From NCBI GenBank assembly GCA_963737655.1, contig CAVTTN010000002.1, positions 6,944,001-7,008,000 on the forward strand: a DNA stretch of 64,000 bases, in the 5' to 3' direction. The DNA comes from an uncultured Planctomycetota bacterium. GTDB lineage: Bacteria > Planctomycetota > Planctomycetia > Isosphaerales > Isosphaeraceae. The position numbers were made by a program, and so were the translations under genes. The first letter of the stretch is position 1. Each line of letters begins with the position of its first letter. Positions 1 to 9,196 of the stretch are shown here, piece by piece. The notes below the pieces were generated by a model. The model did not search any database, was not told the DNA's origin, and saw only the letters and a list, made by a program, of their open reading frames with translations.

Positions 1-2
1 TC

Positions 3-590
3 ACGATCTGGCCGGGCCTCGCCGCCTCGGCGGTCGTCGCGGCGGGCCTGATCGCCCTGGAGTTCCTCCCCTCCGCGCCTCGCCTGCTGATCCACATGGG
101 CTCCGGAGCGATGGCGCTGGCCCATGCGATGGCGGCCTTCGCCCTGGTCACCCTGATCGGGGAGGCGATGGTCCTCTCGCTCTGGGAGAATTCGCTCGCC
201 GAACTCCGCGAACAACTGGAGGAGAGGCGGGGGCGGACCCGGCTCTTCTTCGAGACCGAGGACCCCGCCGAGCCGTCCCCGGACGAGATCGCCGGGGCCG
301 GCCGGGTGTTCGATCGAGGCCGCCGTTCCCTGCTCCGGCTCTGCACGGTGCCGGCCTACCTCGGCCCGATGATCGGGTTCGTCCGGTCGGTCCGGGCCGC
401 CGGATTCTCCACCCTGGAGCAGGGGCTTCCCCTCTTCGTCTCGCTGGTCGAGGCGGGGTTGGTGGTGATGCTGGGCCTGGGGGTCTCCCATTCGGGACGG
501 GCCGTCCGCCTCGGCTGGCAAGCCCTGATGACCGGGCAGGACCAGGCCGCCGCCTTCGCCGGGCCCCGAGGACCGGAGCGACCCCGATGA
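3..590 (+). CDS. Membrane protein, 5'-partial; weak resemblance to MotA/TolQ/ExbB proton-channel family
   Basis: The frame is open from the window edge (TIWPGLAASAVVAAGLIAL...) and has several hydrophobic segments. LCTVPAYLGPMIGFV...GLPLFVSLVEAGLVVML loosely resembles ExbB/TolQ TM2-TM3. Its stop overlaps the next start (ATGA at 587-590). Confidence 0.4.
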   Translation, partial: TIWPGLAASAVVAAGLIALEFLPSAPRLLIHMGSGAMALAHAMAAFALVTLIGEAMVLSLWENSLAELREQLEERRGRTRLFFETEDPAEPSPDEIAGAGRVFDRGRRSLLRLCTVPAYLGPMIGFVRSVRAAGFSTLEQGLPLFVSLVEAGLVVMLGLGVSHSGRAVRLGWQALMTGQDQAAAFAGPRGPERPR

Positions 591-2470
591 TCGCCGAGAG
601 CCGAGGGCTGGTCCTCTGGGCGGGGTACGCCCTCGCCCTCCTCGCCGCCTTCTTCGCCACGGCCGCGTCACGATCTCGCCCCAACACGCCGACGACCACG
701 CCCCCGCCCCCCGCGCCCTCCACCGAGACGACGGCCCCGACGCCCGAGCCGGCCCCGGTCGTCCCCTCGCCCGAGTCTCCCCGGGTCCCGTCCCTGACCG
801 CGACCTCGGAGACGACCGCCGATGGCCGGGGCCTGCTCGTCCGCTTCGCCCTCGACGCCCCGGCGCCTCGCGACCTGGAGATCCCCTTCACCCTGGAGAC
901 CGGCCCGGCCCGGCCCGACCGGGAGTTCCGGGCCTCCTCGAAGTCCCCGGTGAGGATCGCCCGGGGGGATCGCGAAGCCGTCCTCTCGCTGACGGCGATC
1001 CCCCCCGATCGGCCGGCTCCCGGGGCCTCGAGGCGCCGGACGACCGAGGTCCGGCTGGACCTTGCCGCACCGACTTCGGGCGGCTACTCGCTGGCCGAGG
1101 ACTCGGCCCGATCCTGGCGGCTGCCGATCTCCATCGACGAGCCCATCCCGACCTACTCGCTCCGCAAGATCATGCCGACCAGCTCGGCCTTCCTCCAGGC
1201 CGACGCCCGGAAGGGCGAGACGATCGACATCGCCTTCGAGATCGACCGGCCCCCGGTCGATCAGGCGGTCTCGATCCCGTTCCAACTGCTCGGGACGGCG
1301 ATCGGGGCGAACGGCCCGGGCCGGGCGGACTTCGAGATCGTCGATCCGCCTCGCGGCGGGCGTCTGGAATTCGATCCCGGGGGCGGCGGGACGGCCCATC
1401 TGAAGCTCCGCCGCCTGCCCGGAGACCGAGGGCTGGGAGACCGGACGATCCGGGTCGAGGTCTTGCCCGAACCGAGCGGCCGGGTGGTCCTGGGTCCGGG
1501 CGTGGATCGCTCGATCCCGATCCTCGTGCCCGATCCCCGTCCCACGTTCGTTCGATGGCAGGTGACGACGGCCGAGGCCCCGGGTGCGGAGGGCCCGTTG
1601 TCCCTCCTGGTGACCGTGACGATGGCCCCGCCGAGCAGCCAGCAGGTGGATTTTCGGTTCGAGGTCGGCGCCGGCCCGGCGTCTCCGAGGAAACCGTGGG
1701 TGATCCCGGTCCCGCCGTCGCCCGACCCCTGGTCCGAACGCGAGCGAACGGCGGTCGGGCGGATCCAGGCCGACCCGCTTCGCCGGGTGACGATCCGGGC
1801 CGGGAAGCCGCCGGAATTCGAGAAGACGGTCCGGCTCTCTGCCGACGCGGCCAACCCCGTCGCCTCGGGGCCGATCGAGACGACGTTCCCGCTGCCTTGC
1901 GCAAGCCTCGCGACACTCGGGGGGCGGGCCCTGATGGTCCTGGTCCTCACCCACGGCGTCGGCGAGGCCGAATTCGACGCGATCGCCGCCCTCCAGGAGG
2001 GCCCGGAGGGGCGCGAATCGCTCGTCAACGGCACCGTCTTCGTGCTCGACGCCACCGACTCGCTCGTCTCGTTCGACCGCGAGACGGTCGGTTCGCTCAA
2101 GAAGTTCAAACCGGCCAAGCTCAAGTTTGTCCTCACCGGCGACTCCCGGACCGTGCTCGGAGCGCTCTCCGGCCACCTCGCGCCGGGGGCCTCCGGGAAG
2201 TCGGTCAAGGCGATCCTCCTCCGGGACCTCGGTTCGGCGGATGCTTCGGAGATCCAGGAGGGGTTTCGAAACGGCCTGTCCGGGCCGGACTGGACGATCT
2301 TCTGGATCGACCGGGCCGCCGATCCGGCCCTGGAGACGACGCTCGGGAAGGCCCTCGCGGGCCGCCGACCGCCCAATCCCGCGACCGGGGATTCTCCCCC
2401 GGGCGGCCCGACCCTGAAGGTCCTCCGGGGAGAGATCCGCGGTCCATTGTCCGAGTTCCTGAGAAAATGA
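587..2470 (+). CDS. Membrane-anchored/secreted protein with Pro/Thr linker and 2-3 Calx-beta-like Ig domains
   Basis: N-terminal TM/signal segment and a PTTTPPPPAP linker. Repeated beta-rich units (VRFALDAPAPRDLEIPFTL..., IAFEIDRPPVDQAVSIPFQLLGTA..., VTVTMAPPSSQQVDFRF) resemble Calx-beta. Confidence 0.55.
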   Translation: MIAESRGLVLWAGYALALLAAFFATAASRSRPNTPTTTPPPPAPSTETTAPTPEPAPVVPSPESPRVPSLTATSETTADGRGLLVRFALDAPAPRDLEIPFTLETGPARPDREFRASSKSPVRIARGDREAVLSLTAIPPDRPAPGASRRRTTEVRLDLAAPTSGGYSLAEDSARSWRLPISIDEPIPTYSLRKIMPTSSAFLQADARKGETIDIAFEIDRPPVDQAVSIPFQLLGTAIGANGPGRADFEIVDPPRGGRLEFDPGGGGTAHLKLRRLPGDRGLGDRTIRVEVLPEPSGRVVLGPGVDRSIPILVPDPRPTFVRWQVTTAEAPGAEGPLSLLVTVTMAPPSSQQVDFRFEVGAGPASPRKPWVIPVPPSPDPWSERERTAVGRIQADPLRRVTIRAGKPPEFEKTVRLSADAANPVASGPIETTFPLPCASLATLGGRALMVLVLTHGVGEAEFDAIAALQEGPEGRESLVNGTVFVLDATDSLVSFDRETVGSLKKFKPAKLKFVLTGDSRTVLGALSGHLAPGASGKSVKAILLRDLGSADASEIQEGFRNGLSGPDWTIFWIDRAADPALETTLGKALAGRRPPNPATGDSPPGGPTLKVLRGEIRGPLSEFLRK

Positions 2471-2564
2471 TCCGACGAGGGCCTCGATCGGGCGCGATCG
2501 GGCACCATAGGATATGTTTGCGAGGATTCCCATGACCGCCGATTCGCTCCCCCGAGGGGGACTC

Positions 2565-3742
2565 ATGCTCCCGTCCCGTCGCCTTCTCCTGGTGGCCCTG
2601 GCGGCCACGATCGTCGGCTCGGCGGCGGCCCGGGGCGCGGACCCCACCTGGTATGGCGGGATCGAGCTCGGGTCCAAGGGCATCAAGCTCGTGGCCCTGC
2701 CGATCGACGACCAGGGCCGCCCCGGCCTCGGCCGATCGACCACCCTGGTGGACAACGTGACGCTCGGGGGCCCGTTGAAGGACGGGGGGTTCTCGGAAGA
2801 CGTCCTGGAGGACGCCCACGACTCCGTGAAGAAGTTCTACGACCAGCTCACCAGGACGGGCGAGGGGGACCGGCCGGCGATCCCCCCCGAGCGCATCTGG
2901 ATCGTGGCCAGCAGCGGACTGGTGGCCAGCAAGGCCAACAACATGGACGCCCTGAAGGACGCCGTCCGCCGCGCCTCCGGCGGCCACAAGGAGCTCCAGA
3001 GCATCTCGACCCGTCGCGAGGTCGAGCTGGAGATCCGGGCGCGGTCCCCCGAGACCAGTGGGGCAACGCGATCCTGGTGGACATCGGCAACGGCAACACC
3101 AAGTTCGGGGTGATCGAGCCGGCCAGCCCGCCCCTGGTCGAGTCGGTGTTCGTCCCCCGCCTGGACCTGATGGGGACCGGACGGGTCCGCGACGAGGTCG
3201 AGGGGATCCTGAACGCCCGGGGCAAGGGGAACGACTTCCCGTTCTTCTGCCGGCTCCTCAAGGAGCGGGGCGAAGACCTCCGGACCCGGATCGCCGAGCC
3301 GACCCTCCGCCATCCCAGCCTGGCCAACCCGGCGAGGAAGCGGGTCTATCTTTGCGGAGGGGCGCCGTACCTGATCGCCTGCCACCTGGCGCCGGCGCAA
3401 ATGATCGATCGCTCGACGGTGGAGGTCTCGTTCAGCTCCCAGCAGTTGAAGCAGATGGTCAAGGCGATCCTGGAGACCGAGAGGGTCGATTCGCCCGCGC
3501 TGGCGGCGGCCTCCGGTCCGGATCGCCTTCGTCTGGAGGCCTTCCTCCGCCGCGTCAAGGACATCCACGGCGATCGGAATATCTTGATCGGCCTGGAGAT
3601 CCTCCTGGCGTTCGACGACGCCCTGGAGTGGGACAAGAATGACAAGGAGCTCATCTTCACCAACGCCGGGCTCGTCGCCTGGCTGATCGGCTTCGTCGCC
3701 GAAGAGCGGGCCAGGACGGCCCCCGGGTCCACCCGGCCCTGA
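2565..3742 (+). CDS. Secreted Ppx/GppA-like (ASKHA fold) protein, paralog 1; split by an apparent 1-nt deletion near 3037-3040
   Basis: Signal peptide followed by YGGIELGSKGIK (phosphate-1 loop). The next frame gives LVDIGNGNTK (phosphate-2 loop) and LCGGA. Restoring one G in ccgggc joins ORFs 2514..3113 and 3077..3742 colinearly with paralog 2. Confidence 0.7.
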
Positions 3743-3767
3743 TTCCTATCGTCGAAAGAGGCCTCTC

Positions 3768-4970
3768 ATGATCCGCTTCGGTATGCTCCGTCCGGCCGCT
3801 CGGGGCCTGGGCCTCGCCATAGCCCTCGTGATCTCCGGCGCCTCCCCGTCCGGGGCGGCCGACCCGGCCCGCTACGGCGGGATCGAGGTCGGGTCCAAGG
3901 GGATCAAGGCGGTGGTCGTCGAGGTCGATCCCGCCTCCGGGGCCGTCAAGACCCTGATGGAAGGGAACACCAACACGTCCCTGGCCCAGGACGTGAACAA
4001 GTCCGGGGTCTTCGCCGCCGACGCGATCGAGGAGACCGCCGAGGCCGTCGGCAAGTTCGCCTCGCGAATCAAGGACGAATTCCACGTCCCGACCGACCGG
4101 ATCGCCCTGATCGGCAGCAGCGGATTGCCCAAAGCGACCAACCGCGACGCGATGGCCCAGGCCGTGGCATCGGCCGCGGGGCTGCCCGCGATGACGATCC
4201 TCTCGCCCGATCAGGAGGTCCTCTACTCGATCAAGGGACTCTTCGAGGCCCAGGCGGACCGCGACAAGGCGCTCCTGGTCGATATCGGCAGCGGCAACAC
4301 CAAGGGCGGCTTCCTCCAGGGGCCGGGCGTCGTGAGGTTCGAGGTCCCCCTGGGCAGCGTCACGTTCGAGAATCGCGCCTCGGCCGAGGCCGCCAAGGAC
4401 ATGAAGGAGTTCGCCGAGACCGCCGCGAAGCTCCGGGACGCGGAGCTCGTCCCGACGCTCCGCAAGCAGGTCGCCGACCATCCCGAGCTGGCCCGGAGGA
4501 GCGAGGTCGTCCTCACCGGGGGCGCGGCCTACGCGATGGCCACGCTGCTGAAGCCCGAGCAGATCCAGGCGGAGACCGTCCTGCTGACCGCCCAGGACAT
4601 CGCCCGGTACGCCGAGCTCGTCCACAAGCCCAAGATCGAGGCCGCCGGCCCCCCGCCCGGGCCGGGCACCCCGGCCGAGAAGGAGGTCCGCAAGGTCCTG
4701 GACACCTTCTCTTCCAAGAACCTGATCGCCGGGTCGGAGATCCTCTCCGCCCAGGTCACGGCGCTCCAGCTCGAAGGCAAGACCCTCCGGTTCGACCGCC
4801 GGGGGCTGATGGCCCTGATCCGAGGCAAGGTCCTGGAGCAGGTCGAGGCGGACCGCAAGTCCTCGGTCAAGGGAGAGGATCCCAGGCCGCCGACCCCGAC
4901 CAATGACCCCGGAACCCTGCCGACCCTGCCCGCCCCCTCGAAGTCGCTGCCCGGGACCTCCGTGAAGTGA
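3768..4970 (+). CDS. Secreted Ppx/GppA-like (ASKHA fold) protein, paralog 2
   Basis: Signal peptide; YGGIEVGSKGIK, GSSG, DQEV (candidate catalytic Glu), LVDIGSGNTKGG and LTGGA motifs. No C-terminal HD domain; Pro-rich tail. Confidence 0.75.
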   Translation: MIRFGMLRPAARGLGLAIALVISGASPSGAADPARYGGIEVGSKGIKAVVVEVDPASGAVKTLMEGNTNTSLAQDVNKSGVFAADAIEETAEAVGKFASRIKDEFHVPTDRIALIGSSGLPKATNRDAMAQAVASAAGLPAMTILSPDQEVLYSIKGLFEAQADRDKALLVDIGSGNTKGGFLQGPGVVRFEVPLGSVTFENRASAEAAKDMKEFAETAAKLRDAELVPTLRKQVADHPELARRSEVVLTGGAAYAMATLLKPEQIQAETVLLTAQDIARYAELVHKPKIEAAGPPPGPGTPAEKEVRKVLDTFSSKNLIAGSEILSAQVTALQLEGKTLRFDRRGLMALIRGKVLEQVEADRKSSVKGEDPRPPTPTNDPGTLPTLPAPSKSLPGTSVK

Positions 4971-4996
4971 CCCGGCCCGTGGGCGAGGTCCGGGCC

Positions 4997-6322
4997 TCAG
5001 GCGCGGGCCTCGCCCTTGGTGGTCGTCGCCTCGATCACCTCGTCCATCGCCACCTCGTCCTCCGGGACTTCGAGCACGGGAGGCTTGAACCGGCGGAACC
5101 CGACCCTGGCCAGCGATTCGATGATCGTCGTGTGGATCAGGTAGGGCACCGAGCGATAGATCAGGGGGGACCAGAGGATCGAGAGGACCAGGAACCCCCA
5201 CCAGATCCCCGTGGCCAGCAGCAGGACCATCGACAGCCAGTCCTCGGTGCGGATCGACGAGGAGATCCTCTCCAGCTCCGGGCCGATCGCCGGTCCGCCG
5301 GTCGCCGCCGACGCGATGAGCCCGGGCAGGGTCGCCACGGTCCTCCGGGCGGCCCCGGTGGGCAGGTCGGCCGTGGCCGTCGCGATCAAGGGCCCGTAGT
5401 GGAGCAGGCCGCAGAAGCACCGGGAGAGGAGGCCGGCTCGGCGCGTCTTCCTCGGGTCGGCATCGACGTGGACGACCGACAGGCCCACCGCGAGGTTCCC
5501 CGGCGAGACGAAGGCCCGGAGCGAGAAGACCACGCACCACGCCAGGAGCATCCGTCCCGGGTTGGAGAGCTCGGGGAACCGGCTCACCAGGAGGCTCGCG
5601 ACGATCGCCGAGACGATCAGATCCAGGACCATCGCCAGCACCCGGAGGCTCAGGGGCGCCGCCGCCGCCCGCATCACCCGGCGGTTCAGGTCGCGGACCC
5701 ACGACGATCGACCGTCCAGGGTCCTCCTCGTTTTCTCGAGCAACTCTCCGTAAGATTGCTTGGATAAAGCCATCTGGTCTTCGTGATTCCGCTTCTCGGT
5801 CTCGAGCCGCTTCTCCGCGGCCCGCTTCACGTTCTGCAATTCGGATTCCAGCTTCTTGAGCTTCCTCACCAGGGCCTCGGAATCCGGCGCCGGCTCGGTC
5901 GGTCGCGCCTTGAGCCTCGCGATCTCCAGCTCCAGCTCCTGGATGCGGGTCATCGTGCCGTTGTAGAGATCCAGGTGTTTCTTGCTCGCGTCCTGGGCCG
6001 TCTTCAAGCTTGCCTGGAGCGTCTGGTTCGTCTCCCCGAGTTGCGAGAGCGCCTTGCGATCGGTGGCGAGGTCCTCTTCGAGGCCCCGGACCCCGTCCTT
6101 CAGGGCGGCCTCGCTCTTTCGGAGGTCTTCGAGCCGGAGGGTCAGTTCGGCGCGGGTCTTCTCGAGCGCCGCGACGTCCCGACGGAGGGCCTCGACGACC
6201 TTCGAGTCCACCTGCCCGCGATAGGTCTCGAAATCGAGGATGAATTGCTCGGTCAGGTCGAGCGCCTTGCTCTCCTCGACCCTGCCGTTGGTCTCGGTGG
6301 AGCGGGATTCATCGGTGATCAT
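4997..6322 (-). CDS. Coiled-coil protein with C-terminal RDD-family membrane domain
   Basis: About 200 aa of heptad-rich N-terminus, then APLSLRVLAMVLDL and SPGNLAVGLSVV (RDD-type motifs) with TM helices. Confidence 0.65.
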   Translation of the reverse strand: MITDESRSTETNGRVEESKALDLTEQFILDFETYRGQVDSKVVEALRRDVAALEKTRAELTLRLEDLRKSEAALKDGVRGLEEDLATDRKALSQLGETNQTLQASLKTAQDASKKHLDLYNGTMTRIQELELEIARLKARPTEPAPDSEALVRKLKKLESELQNVKRAAEKRLETEKRNHEDQMALSKQSYGELLEKTRRTLDGRSSWVRDLNRRVMRAAAAPLSLRVLAMVLDLIVSAIVASLLVSRFPELSNPGRMLLAWCVVFSLRAFVSPGNLAVGLSVVHVDADPRKTRRAGLLSRCFCGLLHYGPLIATATADLPTGAARRTVATLPGLIASAATGGPAIGPELERISSSIRTEDWLSMVLLLATGIWWGFLVLSILWSPLIYRSVPYLIHTTIIESLARVGFRRFKPPVLEVPEDEVAMDEVIEATTTKGEARA

Positions 6323-6589
6323 CGACAAGGTCTCCGGGACCGGCCCCCGGCCCCGGGTCAGCGAGGATGCCGGGTCGGGCTCGGCACGGACTCGACGCGA
6401 AGGAGCCGGGCGGCCAGGGGCCGGCGGCCGCTCGACCGGGCCTCGATCCCCGAGGCGCCGAGAGGCCGCCGGTGGTTGGCGATCGGCCGAGGGACGGCGA
6501 TCGGCGATCCCCCCAGGGTACTCAGGAGGCGAGCCGATCGCGACGAAAAAACGAGGCGCGGTCCGCGATCGCCCGATCGGATCGGGCCG

Positions 6590-8661
6590 CTAATCCCTCG
6601 GGTCGGCGGCGGCGAGGAGTCGCAGGAGGGTCTCGTAATCGACGGGCTTGACCAGGTGGTGGTCGAAGCCGGCCTCCCGGCCCCGTTTGCGGGCGTCTTC
6701 CTCTCCGTAACCCGAGATCGCAATGATGATCGCGTGTTTGACCCCGGCTTCGGAGCGGAGCCGGAGGGCGATCTCGTAGCCGTCCATCCCGGGCAGGCCG
6801 ATATCCAGGAGGATGTGGCTGGGGCGGAACCGGCGGGCCTCCTCCAGGGCGGAGGGGCCGTCGTGGGCCATCCGGACCTCGTGGCCCAGGAGCCTCAGGA
6901 GGCGGACCATCCCCTCGGCCGTGTCGAGGTTGTCATCGACGACCAGGACCCGGGCGCAGTGGGCCTGCGGGGGATCGACCGAGGGATGCACCGGAGGGGC
7001 CGGGCGGGTCGTCGAGGCCGCCGGGAGCCGGACCTCGAACTGGCTGCCGTGCCCCGGGCCGTCGCTGAACGCGGCGATCGAGCCGCCGTGCATCTCGGCC
7101 AGGGCCCGGACCAGGGTCAGGCCGATCCCCAGGCCGCCCTCGGACCTGGCCAACGAGCGGTCGCCCTGGGCGAACAGGACGAACATCCCGGGGAGCTGCT
7201 CCGGGGCGATCCCGACGCCGTTGTCCTCGACCCGGAAGACGATCTCGGCCCGTTCTCGGCGGACCTCCAGGCGGATCGTCCCTCCGCTCGGGGTGTACTT
7301 GGCGGCGTTGGTCAGCAGGTTGACGAGGATCTGCTCCAGGCGGGTCGGATCGGCCTCGGCCAGGACCGGGCCCGGCGGGACCGTGAGGATCAGCTCGTGC
7401 TTGCGATCCTCGACCAGCGGGCGGACGACCTCCGAGGCCCCCCGGACGACCCCGAGCACGTCGATCGGCCCTTTTCTCAGGCGGATCTTGCCCCGGGTGA
7501 TCCGCGAGACATCCAGCAAGTCGTCGATCAGCCGGGCGAGGTGGCGGACCTGGCGATCGACGACGTCCAGCCCCCAGTCCAGGGCGTCCTCGGAGCCCTG
7601 GCCTCGGCGGGCCACGGCCACGGCGTTGGAGACCGCCGCCAGGGGGTTGCGGAGCTCGTGGGCGAGCATGGCGAGGAACTCATCCTTGCGGCGGTCGTTC
7701 TCGCGGAGCTCCTGGTACAGCCGCGCGTTTTCCAGGGCCACCGACGCCATCTGGGCGAGCTGGACGACGATGGCCTCGTCGTCCTCGGTGAAATCGCCGT
7801 CGATCTTGTCCGAGAGCTGGACGACGCCGAGGTTGCGGCCGTCCCGGCCGATCAACGGGGCGCCGAGGAGGCCGCGCATCGGCGGTCGGCCGTCGCCGTC
7901 GAGGGCGGCGCGACCGGCCCAGGAGGGATGCGCCTCCAGCTCGGCCTGGGTGAGCCGGACGGGCCGGAGCCCCCGGGCGATCTGCGCTTCCAGGCCGGAG
8001 GTGAACGCCTCGGGCGGGCGGTCCCTCCACGGTTCGAGGTGGTCGGAGAGCTCCACGGCGACCGGAGTCACGGGCAGTCCCGGCGTCGGCGCCATGGTGG
8101 TCACGGCGAGGTGGGCGCCGATCACGGTCCGGGCCTCCTCGGTGATCAGCCCGGTGGCCGAATCGACGTCCAGGGCCGCGTTGAGCAAGGTCGCGGCGGC
8201 GGCCAGCCTCTGGAGCTGGTCCGAGCGGACCTTCTCCCGGGAGGCGATCTCCAGCCGCTCGGCCTCCGCCCTCAGGCGCTCGGCCCGGGCCGCGCCTCCT
8301 CGATCGCGCGGACGACGGCCGGGCCGAGGCGGTCGAGCCTTTGCTTGAGGATGTAGTCGGTCGCCCCCAGCTTCAGCATCGAGACGGCCAGCTCCTCGCC
8401 CAGCGTCCCGGAGACGAAGATGAAGGGGACGTCCGGGCAGACGCCCCGGGCGAACTCCAGGGCCGCGCCGCCGTCGTAGTCGGGCAAGGTGTGGTCGGCG
8501 AGGATCAGGTCGAACCGCTCGGCGGTCACGGCCGATTCGAACTCGGACCGGGTCGAGACGACCCGGAGGTCGAAATCGGTCGGCTCCCGGGCCAGGCGGG
8601 CCCGGAGCAGGTCCACGTCCAGCGGGCTGTCTTCCAGGTAAAGCAACCGGACTCGGCTCAC
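6590..8661 (-). CDS. Hybrid sensor histidine kinase (REC-GAF-HisKA-HATPase-REC); split by an apparent 1-nt deletion near 8290
   Basis: N-terminal receiver (LLYLEDSP...ILADHTLPD...DYILK) lies in ORF 8272..8715. GAF, H-box LAHELRNPL, N-box NLLTNAAKYT, G-boxes DNGVGI/GLGIGL and a C-terminal receiver lie in ORF 6590..8188. Adding one G gives EEARARAERL. Confidence 0.85.
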
Positions 8662-8721
8662 GGAAGCTTCCCCCTCGCGCCCGGCAACCCGATCGCCCCC
8701 CCTCGGGCGGCGCACCCCGGG

Positions 8722-9183
8722 TCAGCCGTTGAATCGCAAATTTGCCTTGAGGCTCCCCGGGGGCGGCTCGTTGATCACCCCCCAGAAGACGCCCAGGTCC
8801 TGGATCGCCTTCAGGAATTCCGGGAACCCCACGGGCTTCACCACGTAGGCGTTCACGCCCAGCTTGTAGCCCTGTATCAAATCCCGTTCCTCTCGCGAGG
8901 AAGTCAGGATGACGACCGGGAGACTCCGGGTCTCCGGGTGCTCGCGGATCTGCTCCAGGACCTGGAGGCCGTCGATCCTCGGCAACTTCAGGTCGAGCAG
9001 GACCACGGCGGGATTGCCCCGCTCGCGATCGGCGTGAGGCCCTCGATAGTGGAGGTATTCCAGGGCCTCGACGCCGTCCCGGGTGGTCACGACCTCGTTG
9101 GCCAGGTTGCTCTTGGCCAGGGCCAGGAGCGTCAGCTCCAGGTCCTTCGGGTTGTCCTCGACGAGCAGGATCGGCTTGAGCAT
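8722..9183 (-). CDS. Single-domain response regulator, phytochrome-associated (Rcp1-like)
   Basis: ILLVEDN, LLDLKLP, VILTSS, NAYVVKP and a C-terminal FW motif; directly downstream of the phytochrome gene. Confidence 0.9.
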   Translation of the reverse strand: MLKPILLVEDNPKDLELTLLALAKSNLANEVVTTRDGVEALEYLHYRGPHADRERGNPAVVLLDLKLPRIDGLQVLEQIREHPETRSLPVVILTSSREERDLIQGYKLGVNAYVVKPVGFPEFLKAIQDLGVFWGVINEPPPGSLKANLRFNG

Positions 9184-9196
9184 GAACGCGGGGCTC

